The notes beneath the pieces were generated by a model. That model saw only the letters and a list, made by a program, of their open reading frames with translations, was not told where the DNA came from and did not search any database. Position numbers and translations under genes: made by a program. Shown here piece by piece: positions 30,960-39,302 of a stretch of 45,892 nt of DNA; position 1 is the stretch's first letter; the number at the start of each line of letters is the position of its first letter. Source of the stretch: Synechococcus sp. (GTDB taxonomy: Bacteria > Cyanobacteriota > Cyanobacteriia > Thermostichales > PCC-7336); the NCBI GenBank assembly GCA_051439605.1, contig JBFRWN010000056.1, forward strand, positions 1 through 45,892, written 5' to 3'.

Positions 30960-32048
30960 ATGAGCGACTTTTGCCCCATGCTGGGATTCGACCATCTCGA
31001 ATTTTATGTCGGGAATGCCCGCCAGGCAGCTCTCTATTACTCGAAGGGATTTGGATTTACCAATACTGCCTATCGAGGGTTGGAAACGGGTTATCGCAAG
31101 GCAGCCTCCTACGTCATGGAACAGGGGGATATCCGCTTGGTTCTCACCACTGCCCTCGGTTCAGACCTTCCCATGGCTCAAAGCGTATTGACCCACGGCG
31201 ATGGCATTGCCGTCATTGCCCTAGCGGTGCCGGATGTCGAAAGTGCCTACCGACAGGCGATCGCGCGAGGGGGGGGTGGAGCCATTCCCCCCACCACAGA
31301 ATCGGATGACGGGGGAACAATGTATTACGCTGCCGTCCGCGCCTACGGCGACATCCTGCTCAAGTTCGTCGATCGCAGCCGCTACAGCGGTGCCTTTGCC
31401 CCCCATTTTCATCCTCGCCAGCAAGGTGAGCTAAAGGGTGTCGGACTGACCCACATCGACCACGTCGTTGGCAATGTCGAGGTGGGGGCCATGGATCGGT
31501 GGGCTCAATACTTGGCGGATACCTTGGGGTTCGAGCTGCTGGTTCATTTCGACGAGAAAACTATTGCTACAGAGTATTCGGCGCTCCGTTCAAAGGTGAT
31601 GCAAGACCCATCGGGCCGGATCAAATTACCCATAAACGAACCTGCGGAAGGTCTGCGTAAGTCTCAAATTCAAGAATATTTGGACTACAACAACGGTCCT
31701 GGCATTCAACATGTCGCCTGCGCCACCCGCGACATCATCGCCACCGTTTCCCAATTACGCGCCGCTGGCGTGGAGTTTTTGGCAATTCCCCCCACCTATT
31801 ACGAGAACTTGCTAGAGCGAGTGGGTCCGATTGACGAGCCTGTGGAGAAACTGGCTGAATTGGGCATTCTGGTGGACCGGGATCGAGACGGGTACCTACT
31901 ACAGATTTTCACCCAGCCCGTGGAAGACCGACCGACATTGTTTTTCGAAGTCATCGAACGGCATGGAGCGCACGGATTCGGTGAAGGCAACTTTAAATCG
32001 CTGTTTGAAGCGATCGAACGAGAGCAGGCCCGACGAGGGAATCTCTAG
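30960..32048 (+). CDS. hppD: 4-hydroxyphenylpyruvate dioxygenase
   Basis: DHLEFYVGNA, IDHVVGNV, PINEPA, SQIQEYL, GIQHVA, GYLLQIFT, FFEVIER, GFGEGNFKSLFEAIEREQARRGNL. Confidence 0.96.
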   Translation: MSDFCPMLGFDHLEFYVGNARQAALYYSKGFGFTNTAYRGLETGYRKAASYVMEQGDIRLVLTTALGSDLPMAQSVLTHGDGIAVIALAVPDVESAYRQAIARGGGGAIPPTTESDDGGTMYYAAVRAYGDILLKFVDRSRYSGAFAPHFHPRQQGELKGVGLTHIDHVVGNVEVGAMDRWAQYLADTLGFELLVHFDEKTIATEYSALRSKVMQDPSGRIKLPINEPAEGLRKSQIQEYLDYNNGPGIQHVACATRDIIATVSQLRAAGVEFLAIPPTYYENLLERVGPIDEPVEKLAELGILVDRDRDGYLLQIFTQPVEDRPTLFFEVIERHGAHGFGEGNFKSLFEAIEREQARRGNL

Positions 32049-32070
32049 CGTCTAGCTGCAAGGTGCAGCA

Positions 32071-33249
32071 ATGTATTACTACACCCTGGGGCAAGTGCCC
32101 CACAAACGCCACACTCAATTTCGCCAACCGGACGGTTCTTTGTATCACGAAGAGGCGATCGGTACCCACGGTTTCTCCGGGGCGCAATCGTTGCTCTACC
32201 ACCTGCGCCCACCCACCCAACTGCACAGAATCGTGATGGAGGCCCCCCCCGAGATTGCCTACGAAGGGGCTGGCCCCCTGCGGCCCCGCCACTTGCGCAC
32301 AGCAGCCGTGACTCGGGGAGGAGATGCGATCGCCGCTCGAACCCTGCTGATGAACAACGCAGATATCGCCATTTCCATCGCTTGCCCGACGGAACCGATG
32401 TCCTATTGGTATCGCTATGCCCACGGTGACGAGGCAGTGTTCGTTCACGACGGCAGCGGCTTACTAGAAACTCAGTTTGGCAACCTCCGCTATCGTCCAG
32501 GGGATTACGTCATCATCCCCACCGGTGTCTTGTGGCGCATCCTCCCCGATGCTGATGTGGAGCAGCGCATGCTGGCGATCGAAGCGAACGGACATATCGA
32601 CCCCCCCCCGCGTTACCTCAATTCCGAAGGCCAATTCCTGGAACATGCTCCTTACTGCGAGCGAGATATCCGTCCGCCAGAGGAGCTGGTGACCCACGAT
32701 GAAGCCGGAGAGTTCGAGGTGCGGGTCAAAGCCAGAGGATGTACGACTCGATACCTCTACCGCCACCATCCGTTAGATGTTGTCGGCTGGGACGGGCATC
32801 TTTGGCCGTTTACGTTCAACATCGAGGACTTCGAACCAATTACGGGTCGCGTTCACCAACCACCGCCGGTGCATCAGACCTTTGCCGGTCCTGGTTTCGT
32901 CGTGTGCTCTTTTGTGCCGCGCCTGTTCGACTACCATCCCCAATCCATACCAGCCCCCTACAACCATTCCAATGTGGATTCAGACGAGGTGCTCTATTAC
33001 GTAGAAGGCCAATTTATGTCTCGCAAGGGCATCGAACGGGCCTCCATCACCTTCCACCCCAGCGGCATTCCCCACGGTCCCCATCCAGGCACCTACGAAG
33101 GGTCGATTGGCCAACACCGTACGGAGGAATTGGCGGTGATGATCGACACCTTTCGACCGCTGAAACTCACGGCGATCGCCGCTGATTTAGAAGACAAAGA
33201 CTATCCCTACAGCTGGACCCCTGCACTCACCGGAGGAACAACATCGTGA
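32071..33249 (+). CDS. hmgA: Homogentisate 1,2-dioxygenase
   Basis: HKRHTQFR, HPLDVVGWDG, RVHQPPPVHQTF, PAPYNHSNVDSDEVLYY, HPSGIPHGPHPG, ELAVMIDTFRPL. Confidence 0.93.
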   Translation: MYYYTLGQVPHKRHTQFRQPDGSLYHEEAIGTHGFSGAQSLLYHLRPPTQLHRIVMEAPPEIAYEGAGPLRPRHLRTAAVTRGGDAIAARTLLMNNADIAISIACPTEPMSYWYRYAHGDEAVFVHDGSGLLETQFGNLRYRPGDYVIIPTGVLWRILPDADVEQRMLAIEANGHIDPPPRYLNSEGQFLEHAPYCERDIRPPEELVTHDEAGEFEVRVKARGCTTRYLYRHHPLDVVGWDGHLWPFTFNIEDFEPITGRVHQPPPVHQTFAGPGFVVCSFVPRLFDYHPQSIPAPYNHSNVDSDEVLYYVEGQFMSRKGIERASITFHPSGIPHGPHPGTYEGSIGQHRTEELAVMIDTFRPLKLTAIAADLEDKDYPYSWTPALTGGTTS

Positions 33250-34169
33250 CCCAAGCCTTTACCACTCCCCCCACTCGACTATCCCTATCCGAGCGCATGC
33301 GCGAGCGCTGTCGTCGGGGGGAACTCACCCAGGCTCAAGTGGATGACTTTCGGTCTTTTCTGCTGGAGGTGGAACTGAAACTCCTGCGGCATCCCATCAT
33401 CCTGCACAACGCCTATACCCATTGGTTCCAGAAGGGGACAGCCACGGACGAAGAACTGCGCCACTTTATCCGCCAGTTCTCGGTGTTTTCCAACCAATTC
33501 CTGGTTGCGGCGCTACAAAAGGTCATTAACACCCCCACCCTGCAACAATCGCGAGCCAGCCGGGAAATTTTGCTGAACGAGTTGGGGGTGATTTACCGCA
33601 AACCCGGCGAATCCAAAGGCGATCGCGCTGCCATGACGGCAGTGGAAAAAGATTTGGAGGGGGACCCCGAGCTGGTCAGTACGGAAGGGACGGTGGATGG
33701 TGGAACCTGCCGCTTCCGAGCCGCCCACTTCGAGTGGCTGTTAGGGGTGGCGCAGGGGTTGGGCCTGACGTTTGCAGACATCGGCCAGCGCAAGCACGCT
33801 CGACCCACCACCCTACATTTTTGCGACGAGCTGATTCGCCTTTACGGCAGCGACGACCCCCAAATTGCCGAGGGGGCCAGCTTTGCGGTGGAAAATTGGG
33901 CGGCGGCTGGATTCTGGCAGGAGCTGGAGGACGGATTGCTGCATATCAAACTGACGCGCCATCCCCAGTTGCGGTTGGCCTTCTTTAGCTGGCATAACCG
34001 AGTGGAGGCGCAGCACGCCGGGCATACGCTGGAGGAACTGGAAACGGTCTATTTCAGCCCGAATTTCGATCGCGATAAGTTCTTCCAAGGGGGACGAGAA
34101 ATTCTGGCGGCGATCGCAATTTTCTGGGATGGCCTCAATGGCGATCGCTTGAATGGGGTTTGCAGTTAG
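33246..34169 (+). CDS. Heme-oxygenase-like (TenA/PqqC/CADD-like) putative dimetal redox enzyme
   Basis: Helical protein with NELG, AAHFEW, FAVENW and FFSWHNRVEAQHA (H-x3-E-x2-H) ligand-like motifs; GTGA overlap with the hmgA stop. Confidence 0.6.
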   Translation: MTQAFTTPPTRLSLSERMRERCRRGELTQAQVDDFRSFLLEVELKLLRHPIILHNAYTHWFQKGTATDEELRHFIRQFSVFSNQFLVAALQKVINTPTLQQSRASREILLNELGVIYRKPGESKGDRAAMTAVEKDLEGDPELVSTEGTVDGGTCRFRAAHFEWLLGVAQGLGLTFADIGQRKHARPTTLHFCDELIRLYGSDDPQIAEGASFAVENWAAAGFWQELEDGLLHIKLTRHPQLRLAFFSWHNRVEAQHAGHTLEELETVYFSPNFDRDKFFQGGREILAAIAIFWDGLNGDRLNGVCS

Positions 34170-34315
34170 GAGCCAATCGGGAAACCCAAGACTATTATTT
34201 ACCTTCGCCTACTTCCTTTTAATTTTGCCATGGCTCCCTAAATTACCAATTCTGGGCAGGTCAGTAGTGGAAGGTCGCGATAGTCTGGAGGCAATCTGCA
34301 CTCGAGGGCGATCGC

Positions 34316-35161
34316 GTGGCTGCTGCATCCGAAACCCTTCCTGAGAATTTGAGCCTGTATCGGTACAAGCGGACTAACAAGGCTTACACCGAGGATTTGG
34401 GGGATGGCGTACAGCTGACGCTGATGCTGATTCCGTCTGGGGAATTTATGATGGGGTCTCCCGAGAGCGAGCCGGAAAGCAACGATAGCGAGCGGCCGCA
34501 GCACAGGGTAACGATCCGGCAGTTTTTGATGGGACGATATCCAGTTACCCAGGCCCAGTGGAGAGTGGTGGCGGGTTACGACCGCAGCGATCGGGATTTG
34601 AAGCTCGACCCATCAGATTTTAAAGGAGATAACCGCCCGGTGGAGAACGTGTCTTGGGATGATGCCCAAGAGTTTTGCAAGCGACTGTCTGTCAAAACGG
34701 GTAAGGACTATTGCCTGCCCAGCGAAGCGCAGTGGGAATATGCTTGTCGGGCCGGGACGGAAACTCCGTTTCACTTTGGCGAGACGATTACAACCGATCT
34801 AGCGAACTATCACGGTAGTTATTCTTATGGTGGTGGCCCGACAGGAGAGATTCGAGGAAAAACAAGCGAGGTCGGTATCTTTCCTGCCAATGATTGGGGG
34901 CTGAACGACATGCACGGCAACGTTGTGGAATGGTGCGAGGACGTCTGGCATGACAGCTATGAAGGAGCCCCTAAGGATGGTAGTGCCTGGATAAAGACGA
35001 ACCGCGAAAAGACAAGCAGGCTGCTGCGGGGCGGTTCCTGGTTCAACAGTCCTTGGTATTGCCGTTCGGCCTCTCGCAGCTTCTATTCGCGCGGCCTCAT
35101 CGACGACTTCGTGGGTTTTCGTGTCTGTTGCGTGCCCCCGAGGATTCTTCTTAGCGATTAA
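34316..35161 (+). CDS. Stand-alone FGE-sulfatase (CLec-fold) protein, DGR target 1
   Basis: FMMGS, PVTQAQW, PVENVSWDDA, LPSEAQWEYACRAG, DMHGNVVEWC, RGGSW, GFRVCC; the 3' end is VR1. Confidence 0.92.
   Translation: MAAASETLPENLSLYRYKRTNKAYTEDLGDGVQLTLMLIPSGEFMMGSPESEPESNDSERPQHRVTIRQFLMGRYPVTQAQWRVVAGYDRSDRDLKLDPSDFKGDNRPVENVSWDDAQEFCKRLSVKTGKDYCLPSEAQWEYACRAGTETPFHFGETITTDLANYHGSYSYGGGPTGEIRGKTSEVGIFPANDWGLNDMHGNVVEWCEDVWHDSYEGAPKDGSAWIKTNREKTSRLLRGGSWFNSPWYCRSASRSFYSRGLIDDFVGFRVCCVPPRILLSD
35021..35140 (+). repeat. DGR variable repeat VR1
   Basis: 120-nt ungapped match to TR 43587-43706; 16 mismatches at TR adenines and 1 at a non-A (CGC>CGT). Confidence 0.95.
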
Positions 35162-35229
35162 GCCCTTAGTCCCTTAGCCCTTGGCACTTTGTAGGGATTT
35201 TACGATTTGTTAAAGGAATGGGTGAGTGA

Positions 35230-36282
35230 TTGATGCTGAAACTTTCAAATGAGGATCGTGGGAAACTTCTTGAAGCTATTTTGTCTGCCTACCCCAATCC
35301 AGAAGACCTTGAAACCTTCGTTAATTTAGAACTAGATAGAAACATTCATGTGGTTGCCGGCAGTGGAAACCATAGAACCGTTGCATTCAAGTTGATTCAA
35401 TGGGCGATCGCCAAGGGATATATTGATGACTTAATCCTTGCGCTACAGAGAGACATCCCAAACCGTCCGGATATTCAACATTTTTGTGGACAAGTGTTGC
35501 ATCAACGTTTGAATCTGAACGTTTTCGATGTGCCTTTAGAGGGATTGCAATTAAAGCTTGAAGCGTCTGCTTGGGATATAGATATTCGTTCTGAAGAACT
35601 TGAGCGATTCCTTCCCAAGAGATTTAGCTTTGAAGCAGATGTAGGTGAACTGCTTCGAGGGTTGAAACTTGCGAACTCAGTTTGCAAAATAACGTTTGCC
35701 GATCGCAGCCCAGATGAAAGTGGTACGGGGGTTTTGATTGCCCCGAACTTGGTGTTAACCAACTACCATGTCTTGAGTTTGGAAAGAGATGCCGATCTAA
35801 ACGAGGTTGCGCGGGTCTGTCGATTTGAGTTTGGTTACGTCAGCCCTAAGTTTGGTGAATTCCGTCGCACCCAAACCTTGAACGCTGATGTGGATACTCC
35901 TGTAATTGTTGCAAGTCCGATTGATAAGCTCGACTATGCGCTCATACGTCTCGGTGGCGGAGCGGACGTTGCGATTGACCCCGTCCCGCTCAACCATTCA
36001 ACGGAATTGGGAAAAAACTCACCCCTCAATATCCTTCAACATCCTGAAGGAGAACAAATGAAAGTGTCCCTGAGTAACAATGGAGTGATAAAAACTAATA
36101 AGGCGCGTGGACTGGTGCTATACGTCAATCCGACTAAGCAGGGTTCGAGTGGGTCTCCGTGCTTTAACGAAAACTGGGAGCTGGTGGCGCTGCATCATAA
36201 AGGCTTAGCCACACCCTTTGGCAGTATCCGGGAAGGTATTCTGTTCAGTGCAATTTATCCAGAAATCTCGTTTGTTCTTTAA
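35230..36282 (+). CDS. EAD1 domain + trypsin-like serine peptidase effector
   Basis: N-terminal LLEAILSAYP...LELDRNI...VAFKLIQWA..G...L (EAD1-like); catalytic triad LTNYHV / LDYAL / GSSGSP, then LVALHH. Confidence 0.85.
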   Translation: MMLKLSNEDRGKLLEAILSAYPNPEDLETFVNLELDRNIHVVAGSGNHRTVAFKLIQWAIAKGYIDDLILALQRDIPNRPDIQHFCGQVLHQRLNLNVFDVPLEGLQLKLEASAWDIDIRSEELERFLPKRFSFEADVGELLRGLKLANSVCKITFADRSPDESGTGVLIAPNLVLTNYHVLSLERDADLNEVARVCRFEFGYVSPKFGEFRRTQTLNADVDTPVIVASPIDKLDYALIRLGGGADVAIDPVPLNHSTELGKNSPLNILQHPEGEQMKVSLSNNGVIKTNKARGLVLYVNPTKQGSSGSPCFNENWELVALHHKGLATPFGSIREGILFSAIYPEISFVL

Positions 36283-36304
36283 TTGCAGGAGTTGTATGAA
36301 CTAG

Positions 36305-36721
36305 ATGGGCCTTCGCATAGTTTCCGAACAATTTGAGAGTAAGACTGCCCCCAATATTCCATCAGATGGGTACAGCGATCGCCTCAGGAAGTACATTCCT
36401 ACGGAGGCAGTAGCATATTGGCTGGCTGTAAGTAGCATGATTCAAAGTGCTGGTGACGATATTCCAAAGGACATTTTGCTCTGGATTGTTTTTGCCATTG
36501 GTTTAGCGTTCACTTTTGGCTGGACGCGTATGAAAACTGATGAGTCTGGTAAGTCAGTGGCATGGACGCAGATAGTCCTTTCCTGCGGTGCATTTGTGAT
36601 TTGGGTTTTTGCTACCGGTGGGCCGTTCTCTGCGTGGGAGTGGTACCGACCGCTATATGGTTCTTTGGCGTTAGCGACCTATACAACTGCGATTCCCTTA
36701 GTTATCCCCCCTGAGAAATAA
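36305..36721 (+). CDS. Small multi-pass membrane protein in the conflict operon
   Basis: YSDRLRKYIPTEAVAYW followed by about 4 hydrophobic segments; 22 bp after the protease and 3 bp before the next gene. Confidence 0.75.
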   Translation: MGLRIVSEQFESKTAPNIPSDGYSDRLRKYIPTEAVAYWLAVSSMIQSAGDDIPKDILLWIVFAIGLAFTFGWTRMKTDESGKSVAWTQIVLSCGAFVIWVFATGGPFSAWEWYRPLYGSLALATYTTAIPLVIPPEK

Positions 36722-36724
36722 GCT

Positions 36725-38191
36725 GTGGCGATCGATTGGAACAAAGCAAACTTCGAGGTTTTCTTAGACGCACTACAGGAGGTTTACCCAAGTGCAAATG
36801 AGCTAGAAATATTTGCCGATTTGAGACTGGATAGAAATCTTTCAGAGATTACTAGCCCCAATGATAACTTGCGCGTCGCAGTATACAAATTATTGAAGCT
36901 GGGAAAACGAGAGGATAGCCTCGATGAGTTTTTTGCTGCATTTCGTCAGGAGAACCCAAATCACCTTGCGGTAAAAAGAATAGAGAATCCTCTTGTCAAG
37001 AGAATTTATAAGATTTCACAGGAAAACTGGGACGCTCTATTCGATTGCTTTGATGAGAGACGCGATAGTATTTACATACCCACATCATTTATTCGTGCGT
37101 TCCAACGCCTAAAGAGAGATTTTTGGAAAGAACGGCCCGAGCATCCTCCGCTAACAAACCTTTCACAAATCCGAGATTTACTAATAATTTTCGACGAACC
37201 TAAGCTTGCTGTTCGGTTTGTAGAGCAATTTATCATTGAGGTAAAGCGCTCAGATAGCAAAAGAGATTTCTCAGAACTGCTTGATTGGCGCGATCGCATT
37301 GTTGGGGAATTTGATGTTGATTCTGAAGAACTCGAACCTGATAAGATCGTTGAAAAACATGGTTACTTGCTGATCTCGTTGAGACTAAGTGGTCGGCTAA
37401 CTCGAGATGGCCCCGATGTGACTGTCTTGCCCGAGCTATATGTAGAGAACGAGCCAGAATCTTTAGAGTTCAATGTTTCTTCAGTGACCTGTCCATTAGA
37501 GGAAGTTGCCAGTCATATATCAGACTGGGTTCGTAGTGCAGAAGAAGCTTTAATTCCTTATAACTGTGCACGCCGCCTAACACTTGAGTTGTTCTTGCCC
37601 TGCGTACATTTAGAAGAAGATGTTGCTGCTCGGTGGGAAATTCGAGATAGGCTAAACAATTCCCGTTTTATGGGGACTGAGACTAGATACATCGTTCGTT
37701 CCACAGAGCGTGCTTTAGATAAAATCCTTCGCTCGTTTATCGAAGACAATTGGGCAAAGCTGCAAACAGTTGATGAAAACAGTCATGCAAGCAGTTACGT
37801 TCACGTACAAAAAGATTGTCCTAAGGTAGGAGAGCTCACAGCTGCATTAGATGACAAATTACTCTTAAATCTAGCCGCCGAGCTACCAGCTGAGCGAGAA
37901 GAGCGCATAGAGATTTACTACGACATCATAAATTCAGGTGTGCCCATTGCCGTTTGGTCTTGTGAATGTGGCGATCGATCTGTTGATGAGCGAGAGACTG
38001 AGTTTAACTATCTGACAGAGGAGAGCCAATTGACTAATTTTGCGGATTTGGCCAAAAAGTGGAGGACAAGACGAGTCCAGCCAGAAAACAAAGTTGCCAA
38101 ACATATGAGAATCTTATGTGACTGCCCGGAGCGATGGCCCAATTTCCCAGACCTCGATCGCGATGAAGACTTGCTGATTGCAATTTATTAA
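36725..38191 (+). CDS. EAD1 + VMAP (vWA-MoxR associated protein)-like component
   Basis: N-terminal EAD1-like (ALQEVYPS..ELE..LDRNL...VYKLL...ENP); C-terminal LELFLP, IVRS.ER, GVPIAVW, DCPERWP motifs as in VMAP-C; directly upstream of MoxR. Confidence 0.72.
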   Translation: MAIDWNKANFEVFLDALQEVYPSANELEIFADLRLDRNLSEITSPNDNLRVAVYKLLKLGKREDSLDEFFAAFRQENPNHLAVKRIENPLVKRIYKISQENWDALFDCFDERRDSIYIPTSFIRAFQRLKRDFWKERPEHPPLTNLSQIRDLLIIFDEPKLAVRFVEQFIIEVKRSDSKRDFSELLDWRDRIVGEFDVDSEELEPDKIVEKHGYLLISLRLSGRLTRDGPDVTVLPELYVENEPESLEFNVSSVTCPLEEVASHISDWVRSAEEALIPYNCARRLTLELFLPCVHLEEDVAARWEIRDRLNNSRFMGTETRYIVRSTERALDKILRSFIEDNWAKLQTVDENSHASSYVHVQKDCPKVGELTAALDDKLLLNLAAELPAEREERIEIYYDIINSGVPIAVWSCECGDRSVDERETEFNYLTEESQLTNFADLAKKWRTRRVQPENKVAKHMRILCDCPERWPNFPDLDRDEDLLIAIY

Positions 38192-38210
38192 TACCGCTAT
38201 TGGAAGACCT

Positions 38211-39302
38211 ATGACCTGGAAGTACTTCTCCGGTAATTGCCCTGACAAACCTAATCCACTTACCGAACTACCCGAACGTCCCCCTTGGCGGGAGTTTTTA
38301 CCTTTGGAGGATGTTGATGAAGATAATGACAATAAATATTGGAAGTCTCTACGTAGTTTGGCTGAGGCGGATAAGCGATCGCAGCAACGGGGAAAAACCT
38401 TTCGGGTGGAACTTAAAGATGGATATTCTAAGGTAATCGATGCTGTCAATGCAGCCATCCATTTACGCCGTCCGCTGTTGATTACTGGAGTCCCTGGATC
38501 GGGAAAGACCTCTTTGGCCTATGCGATCTCCTACGAGTTACAACTTGGCCCCGTGTTGGTATGGCCGATTACCGCAAAATCGAACCTGACGGATGCGTTG
38601 TACCAGTACGATGCGATCGCTCGCTTGCAGGATGCTCAACTCGATAAAACACGAGAGGGGGATAAGAGCAAAAAAGAAGAAGGGCAATTGGGGGACTACA
38701 TCCAGTTAGGGCCAGTGGGAACGGCCTTTTTACCCTCCCGTCTTCCTCGGGTTTTATTGATAGATGAGATCGATAAAAGCGATCTGAACTTGCCCAACGA
38801 TTTACTCAATTTGTTTGAAGAGGGGGAATACGAGATCCCGGAATTGGTTCGCCGCAAACGCAGTCAGGACAACGCGAATGAAGAATCGGTAGTTGAAGTA
38901 CGAACCGCGGATAAAGGGGAAACAAAGCCCATCGTTAAAGGTCGTGTGAAGTGCTGCGAATTCCCCATCACGATTATGACCAGCAATGGTGAACGCGAGT
39001 TTCCTCCAGCCTTTCATCGCCGGTGTTTGCGGGTGAAAATGCCCGATCCCACCCCCGCATCGTTGCTGCCAATTGTGAAATCGCACTTCGAGCAGGCAGA
39101 TAAGAACGGATGGAGCCAGAAGGAAGAGAATCTGACCGATCTTATTGGCGAATTTTTAGATCGGGGGAATAAAGCCGATCGCGCCACCGACCAACTATTG
39201 AATGCCATCTACTTAATGACCCGCGAGGAAAGTCCTGACGCGCAAGAAATGGAACGCCTCAAAACGTTACTGTTTAAGCGTCTGGGCGAGGCGGATTCAT
39301 GA
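38211..39302 (+). CDS. MoxR-type AAA+ ATPase
   Basis: AVNAAIHLRRPLLITGVPGSGKTS (Walker A), VLLIDEIDKSD (Walker B), TSNGEREFPPAFHRRC, RATDQLLNA. Confidence 0.92.
   Translation: MTWKYFSGNCPDKPNPLTELPERPPWREFLPLEDVDEDNDNKYWKSLRSLAEADKRSQQRGKTFRVELKDGYSKVIDAVNAAIHLRRPLLITGVPGSGKTSLAYAISYELQLGPVLVWPITAKSNLTDALYQYDAIARLQDAQLDKTREGDKSKKEEGQLGDYIQLGPVGTAFLPSRLPRVLLIDEIDKSDLNLPNDLLNLFEEGEYEIPELVRRKRSQDNANEESVVEVRTADKGETKPIVKGRVKCCEFPITIMTSNGEREFPPAFHRRCLRVKMPDPTPASLLPIVKSHFEQADKNGWSQKEENLTDLIGEFLDRGNKADRATDQLLNAIYLMTREESPDAQEMERLKTLLFKRLGEADS

Noticed and set aside
34316..35161. FGE-domain genes as true formylglycine-generating enzymes for sulfatases
   Set aside because: No sulfatase is nearby and the region corresponding to the active site is the hypervariable VR; these are better read as binding scaffolds.
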